From: Scenedesmus sp. PABB004
Taxonomy: Eukaryota
Length of the DNA stretch: 64,000 nt
Assembly (NCBI GenBank): GCA_014905635.1
Contig: JABVCE010000035.1
Coordinates: 62,001-126,000, forward strand
Direction of reading: 5' to 3'
The notes under the pieces are model-generated. The model saw only the letters and a list, made by a program, of their open reading frames with translations, had not been told where the DNA came from and did not search any database. Each line of letters starts with the position of its first letter. Position 1 is the first letter of the stretch. Below are positions 51,212 to 62,343 of the stretch, piece after piece. Position numbers and translations under genes: made by a program.

Positions 51212-54200
51212 TCACGCCATCGTGCGCAGGCGCAGGAACAGCGCCCGCAGCGCCCGCGCCTCGCTGGCCACGGTGGCGCCCTCGGCGCCGCGGCCGCCGC
51301 CGGCGCCGGCGCCGGCGCCCCAGAACGCGGCGGGGATGCCGCGGCCCGCGCGCTCGGCGCCCTCCAGGAACGCGAGCACCTCGTCCCACGCCGCCTCACC
51401 GAGGGACGTCATGTGCTTGGCCAGGCCCTCGGCGAGCGAGAGGAAGCAGCGCTTGGCGTAGAACCAGGTGTCGGTGCTGAGCTTGGCCGCGTGCGGCTCG
51501 AGGGACTTGATGATGCGGCTCACGCCAAACTCGTAGTTGCCCTGCGCCGCGCGGGGCGGCGTGCGCGGCGGTGCTGAGCTCCCCAGCAGCGCAGCCGGCC
51601 GGCACCCACGCACGCGCTGTGCTGCGCACTGTGCTGCGCGCGCGGCCCGGCCCGGCCCGCGGCTGCGCCGCGCCGCCGCCGCCGCCGCCGCCGCCGCCAC
51701 GTTGCCGAGCCCCCCGCGCATCCCAAGCCAACCTTTGAGCAGTAGAGCGTGCCGATGACGAGGTTGATGATGCAGAGGTGCAGCTGCAGCGCGCCCGGGG
51801 CGGCCGCCGCCGCGGCCTCCTCCTCGCGCTCGACCTGGCGCATCAGCTCCTCCGCCTCCTCGTTCTGCGCGCGACGGCGCACCACGAAGCGCCGTCGCGC
51901 GCCGCGCACGGCCGCGTGGGTGAAGCATCGGCGGCCGCCGCCGCCCGGGCCGCGGCAGCCCCGCGAGAACGCCCCGCCGCGCCGCGCCGCCCCGCGCCCC
52001 TCGCCGCGCCGCGCCGCGCTCGCGTTCTGCGCGCGCCGCGCCTGGCTGGTCATGATGTAGCTCACGCACAGGTTGGCCAGCACGATCGCCGTCACGCGCA
52101 GCAGGCCGCAGCGCTGGCGCGCGACGAGGGGCTGGTAGTGCCGGATCGCGTCGCGGTGCTTCTCCTGCGCGCGGGCGGGGCGCGCGCGGGAGCGTCGTGC
52201 AAGTCGCGCGGCCCCACGGCGCGCGACACTGAGCCCTTGCCGCGGCTGCGGCCGCCGGCGCGCGCGCGGGCCGCGGCCGCCCGCTCCGCCCACGCGCGGC
52301 GGCCCGCCGGCCCCCGCCCTAGCTGGCCGGCGCAGCCAGGCCCCCGCTGTCGCCGCGCCTGCATGAAGGCGGTGTGCGCGACGTTGAGCTTCCACGCATC
52401 GTGCTCGCTGCAGAACTCGGCGCTCTGGCGCAGCAGGGCCTCGAGCGACGCGTACGCGCCGCGCTCCCAGTAGATGCTGCCCATGGCCATCAGCACTGCG
52501 CGCGCGCGCACGCGGGCGGGCGGGCGGCTCGGCGCGCGGGCCGCCGGGCCGCGGCGCAGCGCGCGGCGCGCGCCGCACGCGGCGCGCGCCCGTGTGTGCC
52601 GCCCCCTGCCCCCCCTGCTCCCCCCCCCCTACACACACACACATGTAACACACGCACCGGGGATGTAGCGCTCCAGGGCCTCGTCGTACGCGGCGATCGA
52701 CGCGCGGATCGCGTCGGCGTCGCGGCTGAGCCGCGCGTCGTTGATCGCCTTGGTCAGCCCCCGCAGCCCCGACACGTGCCGGCCCGACAGCTCGTCGAGC
52801 TGCGCGAGCGCGGCCTCCGGCGCCGCGCGGCCGGACACGAGGCAGTGCAGCAGCTCCTGCAGGTCCTGCGCGCGGCGGCAGCGGCGGCCGCGCCGGGCGC
52901 CGGCCGGGGCTGTGGCCGCGCGGCGGCGGGGCGCCCCGCGGCGCCCGCGCGCGCGCTGCGCTCCGCGCGCGCCCCCGCACGCCCCCGCACGCCCCCGTGC
53001 GCCCCCGCGCGCGCCGCGCCTTGCTGAGCAGCTCCGCGCAGTGGCCGGGGCTCTCGGCCATCACGTCGGCGGCGAGGTCGTAGAAGGCGTGCGCGGGCGA
53101 CACGTAGAGCAGCAGCAGGTTGGCAAAGGCCTCGGGCGGGAAGGCGCCGCTGGAGAGCAGGAAGTTGAGCTTCTTGAAGCCGCCCCCCGGGTCGCGGCCC
53201 ATGCCGGACAGCGCGAGGTTGTGCAGCGTCACGGGGTCGAGCTCACACTCCGCGCTGCGCGGCGCGCGGCGCGGCGCGGGGCGCGGGGCGCGCGGGGCCG
53301 CGGGGGCGTGACGTGAGCCGCCCGCCCGACCCTGCCCGGCCCCGCGCGCCGCCCGCGCGCGCTCGATCGCTCGACCGCGCGCGCGCACCGCGGCGGCATG
53401 TCGGCGAGGGCCTCCGCCGCCGCGGCGGCGTTGTTCATCGCCAGCTCGATCGCGGCCTTGAGGTTGAACGCCTCCACCAGCGCCGTCTCCTTGAGCACGG
53501 TGCTGTTGCCCACGCTGCGCGCGCCGACGCCGTCCAGCTGGCTGCGCGGCGGGCGCGGCGCGGGGCTCGGCGCGCGGGCGGGCGGGCGGGCGGGCGGGGG
53601 CCGCGCGGCGCCGCCGCGGCGCGCGCCGCGCGCGCCTGCCGACGCCGAGCTCCGGGTGTTCGCGCACGCCGCGCTCCACGATCTCCGCGAGGTGCCTCAG
53701 CGCCTGGCTGTGCTGCTTGAGCTTGTAGCAGCACAGCGCGAGGTTGTACTGCAGCTCAGGCTGGCGGCGGCGGCGGCGGCGCAGGGAGGGGACGGGTCGG
53801 CGGCGCCGTGTCAGCGCCGCGGCGCCCGGCCGCGCCGCGCGCGCGAATCGCGACACGGCGCCACGCCAACCTGCGAGCCCTCCACCGCCTCGGCCTCCCG
53901 GAACTTTGCCGCCGCGCCGGCAAAGTCGCCCTGCTTGTAGAGCACGCAGCCGGCGTTGATGGCCGCCTCGACCTCGCAGCCGGCGCCGCAGCGCTCCAGC
54001 TGGCGACTGCAGCCTGCGCGCACGCGGCGGCGCACGCAGTCGCGCCGCGCCGCGCTGCCCTGGCACCGGCGGGGGCTCACAGCGCGCCCGCTGCGCGCTG
54101 GGCCCGCCTGCCGCTGCCGCCGCGCACCCGCGAGGTCGTCCTGCTGGTACGCGTTGACCGCCAGCAGCGTGTTGACGTGCCGCGCCAGCTCCGGGTCGGT

Positions 54201-54855
54201 CACGCGCACAGCCGTGCGCGCCGCCTCCGCGAACATGCCCGCCTGCGCTCGCGCGCGCGCGGCGCTGTGTGAGCTCATCATCGAGCCGCGGCGCCGGCGT
54301 GCCGTTGCGCGTGCGCACACCTTGTGCTGCGCGTGCGCGCAGTGGAGCTTGTAGGCGTCATGCTCGGGGCAGACGCGCACGAGGTGCTCGTAGCTGCGCG
54401 CGCATAGGGAGGGGGGAGGCCGCGGCAGCGGCGGGCGGTCAGCCGGCCCGCGCGGCCGCTGCGCGCCGCCAGCAAGGCCGTGCCGTGCGGGGCCGCAGTG
54501 CTGGGCGCGGACTCGTGCTCACGTCGACGCGGCCTGCTCGAACGCGCCGCTGTGGAACTGGCAGTAGGCGAGCAGCGACAGCGCCGCCCGGCTCTCCGGC
54601 GCGTACTGCGTGCGCGCGCGCCGGCGAGGCATTCAAGCTATGGGCGTGCGGATGAGGTGGAGCGTGAAATTCGGGCGTGCTGCGCGCCCCACGGCCGGGG
54701 CGGCGCCGGAGAGCAGCGGCCGCGGCGCGCGCCTGCAGCTCCTGCAGCAGCGCCGCGATGGCGTCGCCGAACTTCTGGTCCCTGATGAAGCCGTAGATGC
54801 TCTGCGTCAGCTGGCCCGCCGGGATGCGGCGCTCCGGCCCCAGCGCGAACGCCAT
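51212..54855 (-). CDS. IFT70: Intraflagellar transport protein 70 (TTC30/DYF-1/fleer)
   Basis: TQSIYGFIRDQKF, SRAALSLLAYC, IVERGVREHPELGVG, LKETALVEAFNLKAAIE, ELDPVTLHNLAL, WKLNVAH, IVLANLCVSYIMTSQ|NEEAEELMR, HLCIINLVIGTLYCSK|GNYEFGVSRIIKSLEP and TDTWFYAKRC. Confidence 0.97.
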
Positions 54856-55194
54856 GCGGCCGCGACGGCGCGCGGCGCTGCCCGCCCGTCCCCGGCGCTG
54901 CGCGTGGCTGAGTGGCCCCACAGGGCGGTTTTATGTGGGAGGGGAAGTTTGTTGAGCTGTGGCGGGCTCGGCAGGCGCTGCGGATCGGGCAGGGCGCGCT
55001 GCCAGGGCGGCGGCGCCGAGTCGCTGCTCGTGCGCGGCCGTGGCGGCGGGCGTGCTGGCGTGGCTGTGGGACGGATCGGCGAGGCGTGGCTGGCGCGCGC
55101 GACCAGGGCCAGAGCCTGGCTCGCGAGCGGGGAGCTCGGCGCGCGACGGGGGAGGGAAAAACCCCGACGGTTGACCCCGGGTCAACGCCGCCGC

Positions 55195-56577
55195 TCACTC
55201 GGCGCGCACGGCGCGGAACAGGTACAGCGCGCGCGCCTGCTGCCCCGGCGTGAAGCTGTCGGCGCAGGCGAGGTTGTTGTAGTTCATGTAGTTGTCGACC
55301 AGGTCGGCGCCGGGCTCCCCGGGGCAGCTGTCGCGCGCCTCGCCGCACGCGCCCGACGCGTCGCCCATGTCGACGCCGCGCCAGTGCGTCGGGTGGTCCT
55401 CCGCCGGCGTGTCGGACACCTGGTCGCCGCCGGCGCCGCCCGCGCCGGCGGCGCAGCCGCCGTCCCAGGTGTGCCCGAGCCCCATCCAGTGCCCGATCTC
55501 GTGCACGAGCTGCGCGCCGCTCGCGGCGCCGCGCAGCGCACCGGCGCCGCCGCCGGGCGGCGCGCGGGGGTCGAGCAGGTACGACGGGTCAATGACGACG
55601 CCGTCGCGGTACTCGAGGCCATGCTGCTTCCAGAAGACCAAGTCGGTGGGCGTGTTTGAATAGGCAAACATGCGCTCGTAGCCCGCGGCGCCGCCCTTGC
55701 AAGACGGCGCGCCCGCGATCGCGCTCACGTAGACGACCAGCGCGCGGTCGGGCGCGGCGCGCCCCGCGAGCCGCGGCCGCCACGCCGCCTTGACGGCCGC
55801 CTCAGCGGAGCTGCCCAGGCAGAGCGGCGCCGCCGACGTGGCGTAGCGCACGCCCGCGAGGCCGAACGCCCACAGCCGCCCGCCGCCGCCGCTGCGGCCG
55901 CCGGCCTCGAGCACTGTGCCGTCCGGCGGCGGCAGCCCCGTCGCGTACGCCCGGTTGAGCAGCCCCACCTGCGCCGCGAGCTGGGCCTCGCTCACGTTGG
56001 TCGCCGCGGCATCCGCGGGGTCGGCCACGACCACAAACCACACAGGGATGCGGAGCGGCCCGTCACGCGCGCCGTCCGCCAGGAAGCGCTGCACCGCCGC
56101 GGGCGCCTGGGGCACCGGGAGCATCACGGGGCTGGGCCGGCCGAGCGCCGCCTCGGCCGCGCCGGCCGCGCCGGCCGCGCTCGCCAGGCGCCGCCGCCGC
56201 GCGCGGCGGTGCAGCTGCAGCGGCCAGGGCAGCCGCGCCACGCCGTGCGCGCCGCGCGGGATGACGGCGGCCGGCGCTTGCGTGTGGGGGCGCAGGCCCA
56301 GCAGCTCCCGCTCCAGCTCCGCACGGCAGCAGGAGCAGCACCTGCGGCGCGGCCCGCCGAGGGCGTCGTCAGCAGCAGCAGCGGCGTCACCAGCAGCAAG
56401 CGGCGGCGGCGGCGGCGGGGTTGCGGTCGCTGAGGTGCGCCATGCACGCGAGAGCATCTGGCCAGCCTCACGCACGCACCACGTGAGCGCCAGCAGCGCC
56501 AGCGTGAGCTGCAGCCGGCCACATCGACTGGCGCGCGCCCGCCAGCCTCGGCGCGCTGAGCGCCCCAGCTCGCCCAT
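55195..56577 (-). CDS. Peptidase M43 (pappalysin/ulilysin-like) zinc metalloprotease, single exon
   Basis: HEIGHWMGLGHTW (HExxHxxGxxH), GDQVSDTP and Met-turn DNYMNY..CADSFTPGQ; N-terminal hydrophobic segment. Confidence 0.9.
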   Translation of the reverse strand: MGELGRSARRGWRARASRCGRLQLTLALLALTWCVREAGQMLSRAWRTSATATPPPPPPLAAGDAAAAADDALGGPRRRCCSCCRAELERELLGLRPHTQAPAAVIPRGAHGVARLPWPLQLHRRARRRRLASAAGAAGAAEAALGRPSPVMLPVPQAPAAVQRFLADGARDGPLRIPVWFVVVADPADAAATNVSEAQLAAQVGLLNRAYATGLPPPDGTVLEAGGRSGGGGRLWAFGLAGVRYATSAAPLCLGSSAEAAVKAAWRPRLAGRAAPDRALVVYVSAIAGAPSCKGGAAGYERMFAYSNTPTDLVFWKQHGLEYRDGVVIDPSYLLDPRAPPGGGAGALRGAASGAQLVHEIGHWMGLGHTWDGGCAAGAGGAGGDQVSDTPAEDHPTHWRGVDMGDASGACGEARDSCPGEPGADLVDNYMNYNNLACADSFTPGQQARALYLFRAVRAE

Positions 56578-57045
56578 GGCGCCGAGAGCTATGTGTGATC
56601 GCGCACCAATTAGCGGTCCAGGGGAGCCTCGCGATCAGCTGGCGCGCGCGCAGCTCGCGCCCGCCCGCCCGCGGCTGCCGAGCCTGCGCGCGCGAGCTGC
56701 TGCCCAGGGGGCGCGCCCAGTTCGGATGCGAGTGTTCGCGGTCGGCGGCGCGAGCTGGGGCGCGGAGAGGCGTCAGTTGAGCGTTGGGCAGCTGGAGAGC
56801 CAGCTTCAGGCCGAGCAGTCTGCTGCGGGGCTCCATCGCGAGCCCGCGGCATCCCCGTGAGGCCGCTCTGTTCCACGCGCCAGGCCGCGCCCCGCGCGGC
56901 GCCCGCCGCCGCGCGCCGGCCAGGCGGCCCGCCGGCCGCCGCTCGTCGCCGCGAAAGCTCCGCTCAAATGCGAACGTCGCCGCCCTCGCTCAACCCTGCC
57001 GCTGCTGCTGCTGCTGCTCCTGCTGCCGGAGAGGGTCCCGCCGGC

Positions 57046-58392
57046 TCAGAGGCTGGGGAATGCCTGCCGCGCCGCCGCGAGGCCGCTCGCCGCGATCGCG
57101 CCGACGGCGCCGGCGATGGCCGCCGCCTTGGGCCCGCGCACCGACCGGAACAGCCCCGCCGCCACAAAGCCTGCGCGGCGGGCGCGCGCGCGCGGGCGGG
57201 CGGCGGCGTGGGCGCGGCGCGCCCCGCCCGCCTCCGAGGCCCGCTGCATCGGCCGGCGCGCTGGGCGCGGCAGGCGCCCGCGCGTCGCGCGCCGCGGGGC
57301 GCCGCACCCGCTGCGACGGTGCACGCCTCGTCCGGCAGCAGCCCGTCCACCTGCGCGGTCAGGTACGACTCGGCGACCGAGAAATAGAGACCCAGGATCG
57401 CCGAGCTGCACGCCATGCGCCGCCCCAGCGAGCCTGGCGCGTCGGGGCGGGCGGGCGCGAGCGTCGGCGCGGGCGCCGGGCGCGGGGGCCGGGGCAGGGG
57501 CCGGCGCAGCTCGCCCCGGCCGCCCCGCAGCGCCGTGGCCTGCGAGCGCCGCGGCCTGCGCGCCACGGCCCGCGCGCGTCGCAGCTCGCTCCACGCGCTT
57601 GCACCGCCTGCGGCGCACGCACCCGACGTGTTGATGAGCCGGTTGGCCTTGAGCTTCACCGAGCCAAACGCAGGGTCGGCGGGGAGGTGCATGTAGCGGT
57701 AGCCGCCCACGGCAAAGCCCGTCGCGCCGCCTGCGCGCGCAGCGCCGCGGACGCGCGGCGGCGGCTCGGGAACCGCGCCGCACGGAGCGCGCAGCTGTGC
57801 GCGCCGTTGCTGGTCTGCTGTGCGCTTCGCCGCCCCGCGCGAAACGACGCTGCTGGCGCTGCGCGCATGCCGGCGCCGCGTCTGCATGCAGCGCGCCGCC
57901 GCCGCCGCTGCTGGCTGCCGCAGCCCGGCGCGCACGGCGCGCGCCCGCCTCGTCTGCCCCCGCGCGCCGCGCACCGCCGAGGTAGCCGAGGCCAGTGTAG
58001 AACTGCAGGTTTTCCGACCAGCTTCGCCGCTTCGCCGCCGCCTCTTCCTGGAACACAAACTCCGGCCCCTCGGGCAGCTGAAAGGCTGCCCGCCGCCCCG
58101 CGATGGCGCCACCCAGCTGCTCGTAGGGGTCGTAAAGCCTGGTGACAGGGCGGGGGCCGCGGCGCCGCGCCGGCCTGAGCGCGCGGCAGCGCGGGAGCGG
58201 CCGCCGCGATCGCATCAGCAGCACTGCTGCTGCGCCGCACCTCCCCGGCGGCGTGAAGCCCCCCAGCGCGGCGGCTGGGTCGTTGAGGACCTCGCTGCTG
58301 CTGCCCGACGGCCCCGCCGGCTCCTGCGGCGGCTCCTCCTCTGGCTGCCTGGGGCGCGTGTCGCGCCCGGCGAGCACGTCCAGCAGGCCCAT
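57046..58392 (-). CDS. TIM23: Mitochondrial inner-membrane translocase subunit, Tim17/22/23 family (TIM23-like)
   Basis: RLYDPYE..PEFVFQEEA..RRSWSENLQFYTGLGYLG, KLKANRLINTSG and AGLFRSVRGPKAAAIAGAVG. Confidence 0.88.
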   Translation of the reverse strand: MGLLDVLAGRDTRPRQPEEEPPQEPAGPSGSSSEVLNDPAAALGGFTPPGRCGAAAVLLMRSRRPLPRCRALRPARRRGPRPVTRLYDPYEQLGGAIAGRRAAFQLPEGPEFVFQEEAAAKRRSWSENLQFYTGLGYLGGARRAGADEAGARRARRAAAASSGGGGALHADAAPACAQRQQRRFARGGEAHSRPATARTAARSVRRGSRAAAARPRRCARRRRDGLCRGRLPLHAPPRRPCVWLGEAQGQPAHQHVGCVRRRRCKRVERAATRAGRGAQAAALAGHGAAGRPGRAAPAPAPAPAPGARADARARPPRRARLAGAAHGVQLGDPGSLFLGRRVVPDRAGGRAAAGRGVHRRSGCGAPRRATRGRLPRPARRPMQRASEAGGARRAHAAARPRARARRAGFVAAGLFRSVRGPKAAAIAGAVGAIAASGLAAARQAFPSL

Positions 58393-58637
58393 CGCGTTCG
58401 CTGCCCGCCGGTCTCAACAGACCCGATTCAGCAGCCGGGAGAGGCGGCGCGGCCGCGGAGGGCGCGGATGGGTGCGAGGCCTCGGCCTGGCGGGCGCTGG
58501 CGGGCGCTGGCGGGCGCTGAGGGAGCCGGGGCGCGCGCGTGGTCGGTTGCAGCCGCGCCGGCGATGCGCAGAGAGCCAGCGCCTCCGCGCCGCCGCCGCC
58601 GCGCCTGCGCCGCCAGGGCTCTGTGGCCGCGCCCCGC

Positions 58638-60293
58638 TCATGCGCCGCCCGCGTCGTCGGCGAGCTTGGCGCGCAGCGCGGCGACGTAGGTCTGGATGGG
58701 GTCCAGCTCGGGGTTGATCTCCAGCGCCGTCTCGAACGCGGACAGCGCGGCGCGGTGGTCGTCCAGGCCGAGGAAGCACATGCCCATGCCGCTACGTGCG
58801 CCGCCCGGGCGGCCGCGGCGGGGGGCGGCGGCCGTGGGCGGCGCGCGCGCGGGCGGACGCGCCGCGCCCGGGCCCCGCGCTGCGCGCACCTCGCGGCGCC
58901 AAAGTGGTGCGGGTTGAGCTGCAGCACGAGGCGGCAGACCTCGATGCTCTCAGCGTAGCGCTGCATCAGGTACAGCGCCGTCGCGCGCTTGTTGTGCGCC
59001 TGCGGCACGGCGGCGCGCCGGCACGCACTCGCACGCGCGACGCGCGCGCGCGCGCCGCGCGCCGCCGCGCGGCGGGCGCGCCAGCCGTGCAGAGCGCTGC
59101 CCGGGCGCGTGCCCGCGCAAACTAGAGTCGAGACGCGCCTCGGCAAAGCTCGGCTCGAGGCGGCAGGCCTGCTCGAAGACCTCCAGCGCGGCGCGGTACT
59201 TGACCAGGGGGCTGCCGGGCTGTCGCACCGCGCGGGGGGAGAAAGGGAGAGGAGAGAGAGAGCGGCGGCGTCGGCGCGCAGCGCCTCGGGAGGTGCTCCC
59301 TCCGAGGCTAGGAGCACCGAGGCGCCGGCAACCCCTCCGCTGCGCCCGCCGCCGCCGGCCGCTGGCCGCGCGCCGCCGCCGGCGCGGCGCGCCGCGCGCC
59401 GGGCGGCGGCCGCGCCTGCAGCATGGCGGCGCCCTGCTCCATGAGCGCGACGACCGCGGGGTTGGCGTGGCGGTTGAAGACCGTCCACATCGCGTCGCAC
59501 GCTGGCCTGTTGAGCTCAGGGTCGCGCAGGCACGCCGCGAGCGCGGGCAGGCAGCTCTCGTCGCCGACCGTGGCTGCGGAGCGGGCGGGGTGGGCGCGCG
59601 GCGGCGGCGGCAGGTGCGCGCGGCGCGCGGCGCGGCGGCGGCGGCGGCGGCGACACCGGCGGGCGCGGCGCGGCGCGCGGCACGGCGCGGCGCCCACTCA
59701 CCGAGCGCGCTGACCGCGGCGCGGCGCTCCGCGGGCGCGCCGCCGGACAGCGTCTCGACCTGGTGCAGCATGTACTGCTGCACCGGCGGCAGCTGGCCCC
59801 GCAGCTCCTGCGCGCGGGCGGCGTGGCGAGTGAGCGGTGGCGGGGGGCGCGCCAGGCGCCGCACGCGCGGCTGGCGGGCCGGCCGCGCCCGCGCGTGCCG
59901 CCGCCGCGACCCACGTCGGCCTGCTGCTTGAGCTGCTGCGCCGCGCCGTAGTCCTCCTGCGCCACCGCGTCGTCCAGCCGCCTGCGCGCGCCCCGCGCGG
60001 CGCGGTCGGACGGCCCGCCGCCGGGCGCGGCGCGGCGCGGCGGCGCCGGCCGCGCGCCCGCACCGCTTCAGCGCGTTCAGCCGCTCCAGCACCTGCTTCG
60101 TCGGCGCCGGCGAGCGCGGCGGCGGCGGCGCTGGCGCGTCCGCGCCGCCCGCCGCCCTGGCCGCGACGGCGCGGCGCTGCTGCGGTTGGCGGCGGCGCCG
60201 CTGCTGCGGTTGGCGCGGCGCAGCTGCTGCGGCGCCGCACGCCGCCTGCCGCCGGACCCCGGCCTGCAGCATGTGCCGCCGTGGCAGCAGCAT
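58638..60293 (-). CDS. Plastid-targeted-like UVR + HEAT + TPR protein
   Basis: RLDDAVAQEDYGAAQQLKQ (UVR), VGDESCLPALAACLRD (HEAT), and TPRs LEPSFAE|AHNKRATALYLM..LNPHHFGAA|SGMGMC..ALEINP. Confidence 0.8.
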
Positions 60294-60715
60294 GGCGCCG
60301 GCGGGGCGCGGGGGCCGTGATCGGCGCGCGGCGCGGCGGACGGTCGCGGGCGGCGTCGGCGTGGTGCACCGGCCTGCGGCGGCGCCGGCACGGGGCGGCG
60401 GCGGGGGAGCGGGCTGCGCACGAGAGAGACTGTGCGTGGTGGGCGGGCGCGGGGTCGCGTTGGCAGCGTGGCCGGCCGGCTCAACTCGAGGGTGCCCCCG
60501 CCCCACTCCCCGCGCCCCTGAACGCTGGCTCCGTCCTTGTGCTGCCGTGACACCTCTTCCGCAGCGGACGAGCAGCAGCAGCAGCAGCGGGGCCCCTTTA
60601 CTTGGCAGCACGCGGCCGCTTCTTCCCGCAGGCTCACATTCTTTGCCAGAGCAGCCCAGCAGATCACAGAGGCTGCCGCGGCAGCGCCGGCGGGGCGCGG
60701 CGGCGCCGCAGCAGC

Positions 60716-61541
60716 ATGGCCGCCGTCGCGGCGCGCCGGCAGGCGCGCCTGCCGCCGGAGGTCAACCGGTGAGCCCCCGGGCCCGCCCCCGGCGGAGGCG
60801 GCCAGTCGGGCGCGCCCACGGAGCGGCGGCAGCCGCTGCATGCGCCGTGCCGGCCACCGCCGCCGAGCGCTGCCGCTGCTGCTGCTGCTGCTGCTGCTGC
60901 GCTGCCGCCCCGCAGCGTGCTCTACGTGCGCAACCTGCCCTTCAGCATCACCTCTGAGGAGGTGCGAGGAGGACCCCCGACGCAGCGTGCTGGCCGCGGC
61001 GCACGCGCGAGGGAGGGGGGGGGGTGCTGGCCGCGCCGCGCCGCGCTCAGTCCGCCCCGCGCCGCGCCGCGCCCGCCGCAGATGTACGAGCTGTTTGGCA
61101 AGTACGGCGCGATCCGGCAAATCCGGATGTGAGCGGCCGCGCCCCCGCCGCGCCGCCGGCCCGCAGCGCCCCCGCCGCGCCCGCGCCCGCCGCCGCGCCC
61201 GCCCTCCCGCGCGCCCGCCCTCCCACGCGCCCGCCCGCCCGCCCGCCCGCCCGCCCTCCCCTCCGCCTCCCTCGCGCAGCGGCAACGCCAAGGAGACGCG
61301 CGGCAGCGCGTACGTGGTGTTCGAGGACATATACGACGCCAAGCAGGCGCAGGAGCACCTGAGCGGGTTCAACGTGCAAAACCGCTACCTCATCGTTATT
61401 TTCTACAACCCCACGCGCCTCAAGGGCAAGGCCAACCTCAAGGAGCAGGAGGAGAAGCTGCGCGCGATGCAGGCCGCGCACGGCGTCGACGGCGAGCAGC
61501 ACGCGGCGCCCGCGGGGCCGGCGACGCGGCCGGCGGCGTAG
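60716..61541 (+). CDS. SF3B6: U2 snRNP branch-site protein p14 (SF3b14)
   Basis: RLPPEVNR|VLYVRNLPFSITSEE|MYELFGKYGAIRQIR..GNAKETRGSAYVVFEDIYDAK..HLSGFNVQNRYL. Confidence 0.97.
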
Positions 61542-62343
61542 CCGGCGCGCGAGGCGAGGCGCGGCGCGGCGCGCTGGCGGGGCGGCTGCAGCGGCAGCCG
61601 CGGGCAAGGGGGCGCGGGGGGGGGGGGGGGGCAGAGACGGGGCGGGGCATGCATCTCGTTACATGCAGGCGCTGTAACAGCGGTCACGTTTGTTCGCGCC
61701 GCGCGCCGCCCGCCGCCGACCATGCCGTGTGCGTTGGTTGCCGCGCGGGCTTATTCCACTGTTTCCCCAAACCCCCATCTCTGTTCCCCGACACCATGGG
61801 GCCGCGGCGGCGCCGCGGCCGCACGCGGCTCCCGAGACGCTGACGCGCCCCGGCTGCCGGAGCGCGCACGCCGGGTCGGCGCAATCACGTGCGCCCGGCA
61901 CCCGCGCGCGCGCCAGCGTCAGCGTCGACGCGCGCACTAAACACAGGCAGAGCGAGCGGGCAAAAGCTTTTAGCGGACCCCAAGCAAGGAGTTAAACAGC
62001 CTCAGATCAAAGCCTCATCCAGTTTGTAGTAGTGAGCGGTGCGGTCCCACGTCGTCACGCGGGCTGTGCGAGAGCCCCGGGCGCCGCCGCCGCAACGCGC
62101 GGCAAATAGAGCATCACATGCGTGCAACCTGGCGGTCGCCGCGGCGCGCCCGGCGCGGGCAGCAACCCCCGTGCGCGCGGCGGGCAGCGGCCGCGACCGC
62201 CGCCCGTTTCGCCGCGCGCGCGGCACATACGTGAGCATGCACACCCTCCCCGCGCCGCGCCGCGCCGCCCCGCGCGGCCCACGCCGCGCCGCGCGCGGGG
62301 CCGCTGGCCCCGCGGCGGCCGGCGCGTCTGCTCGCGTGCTGGC

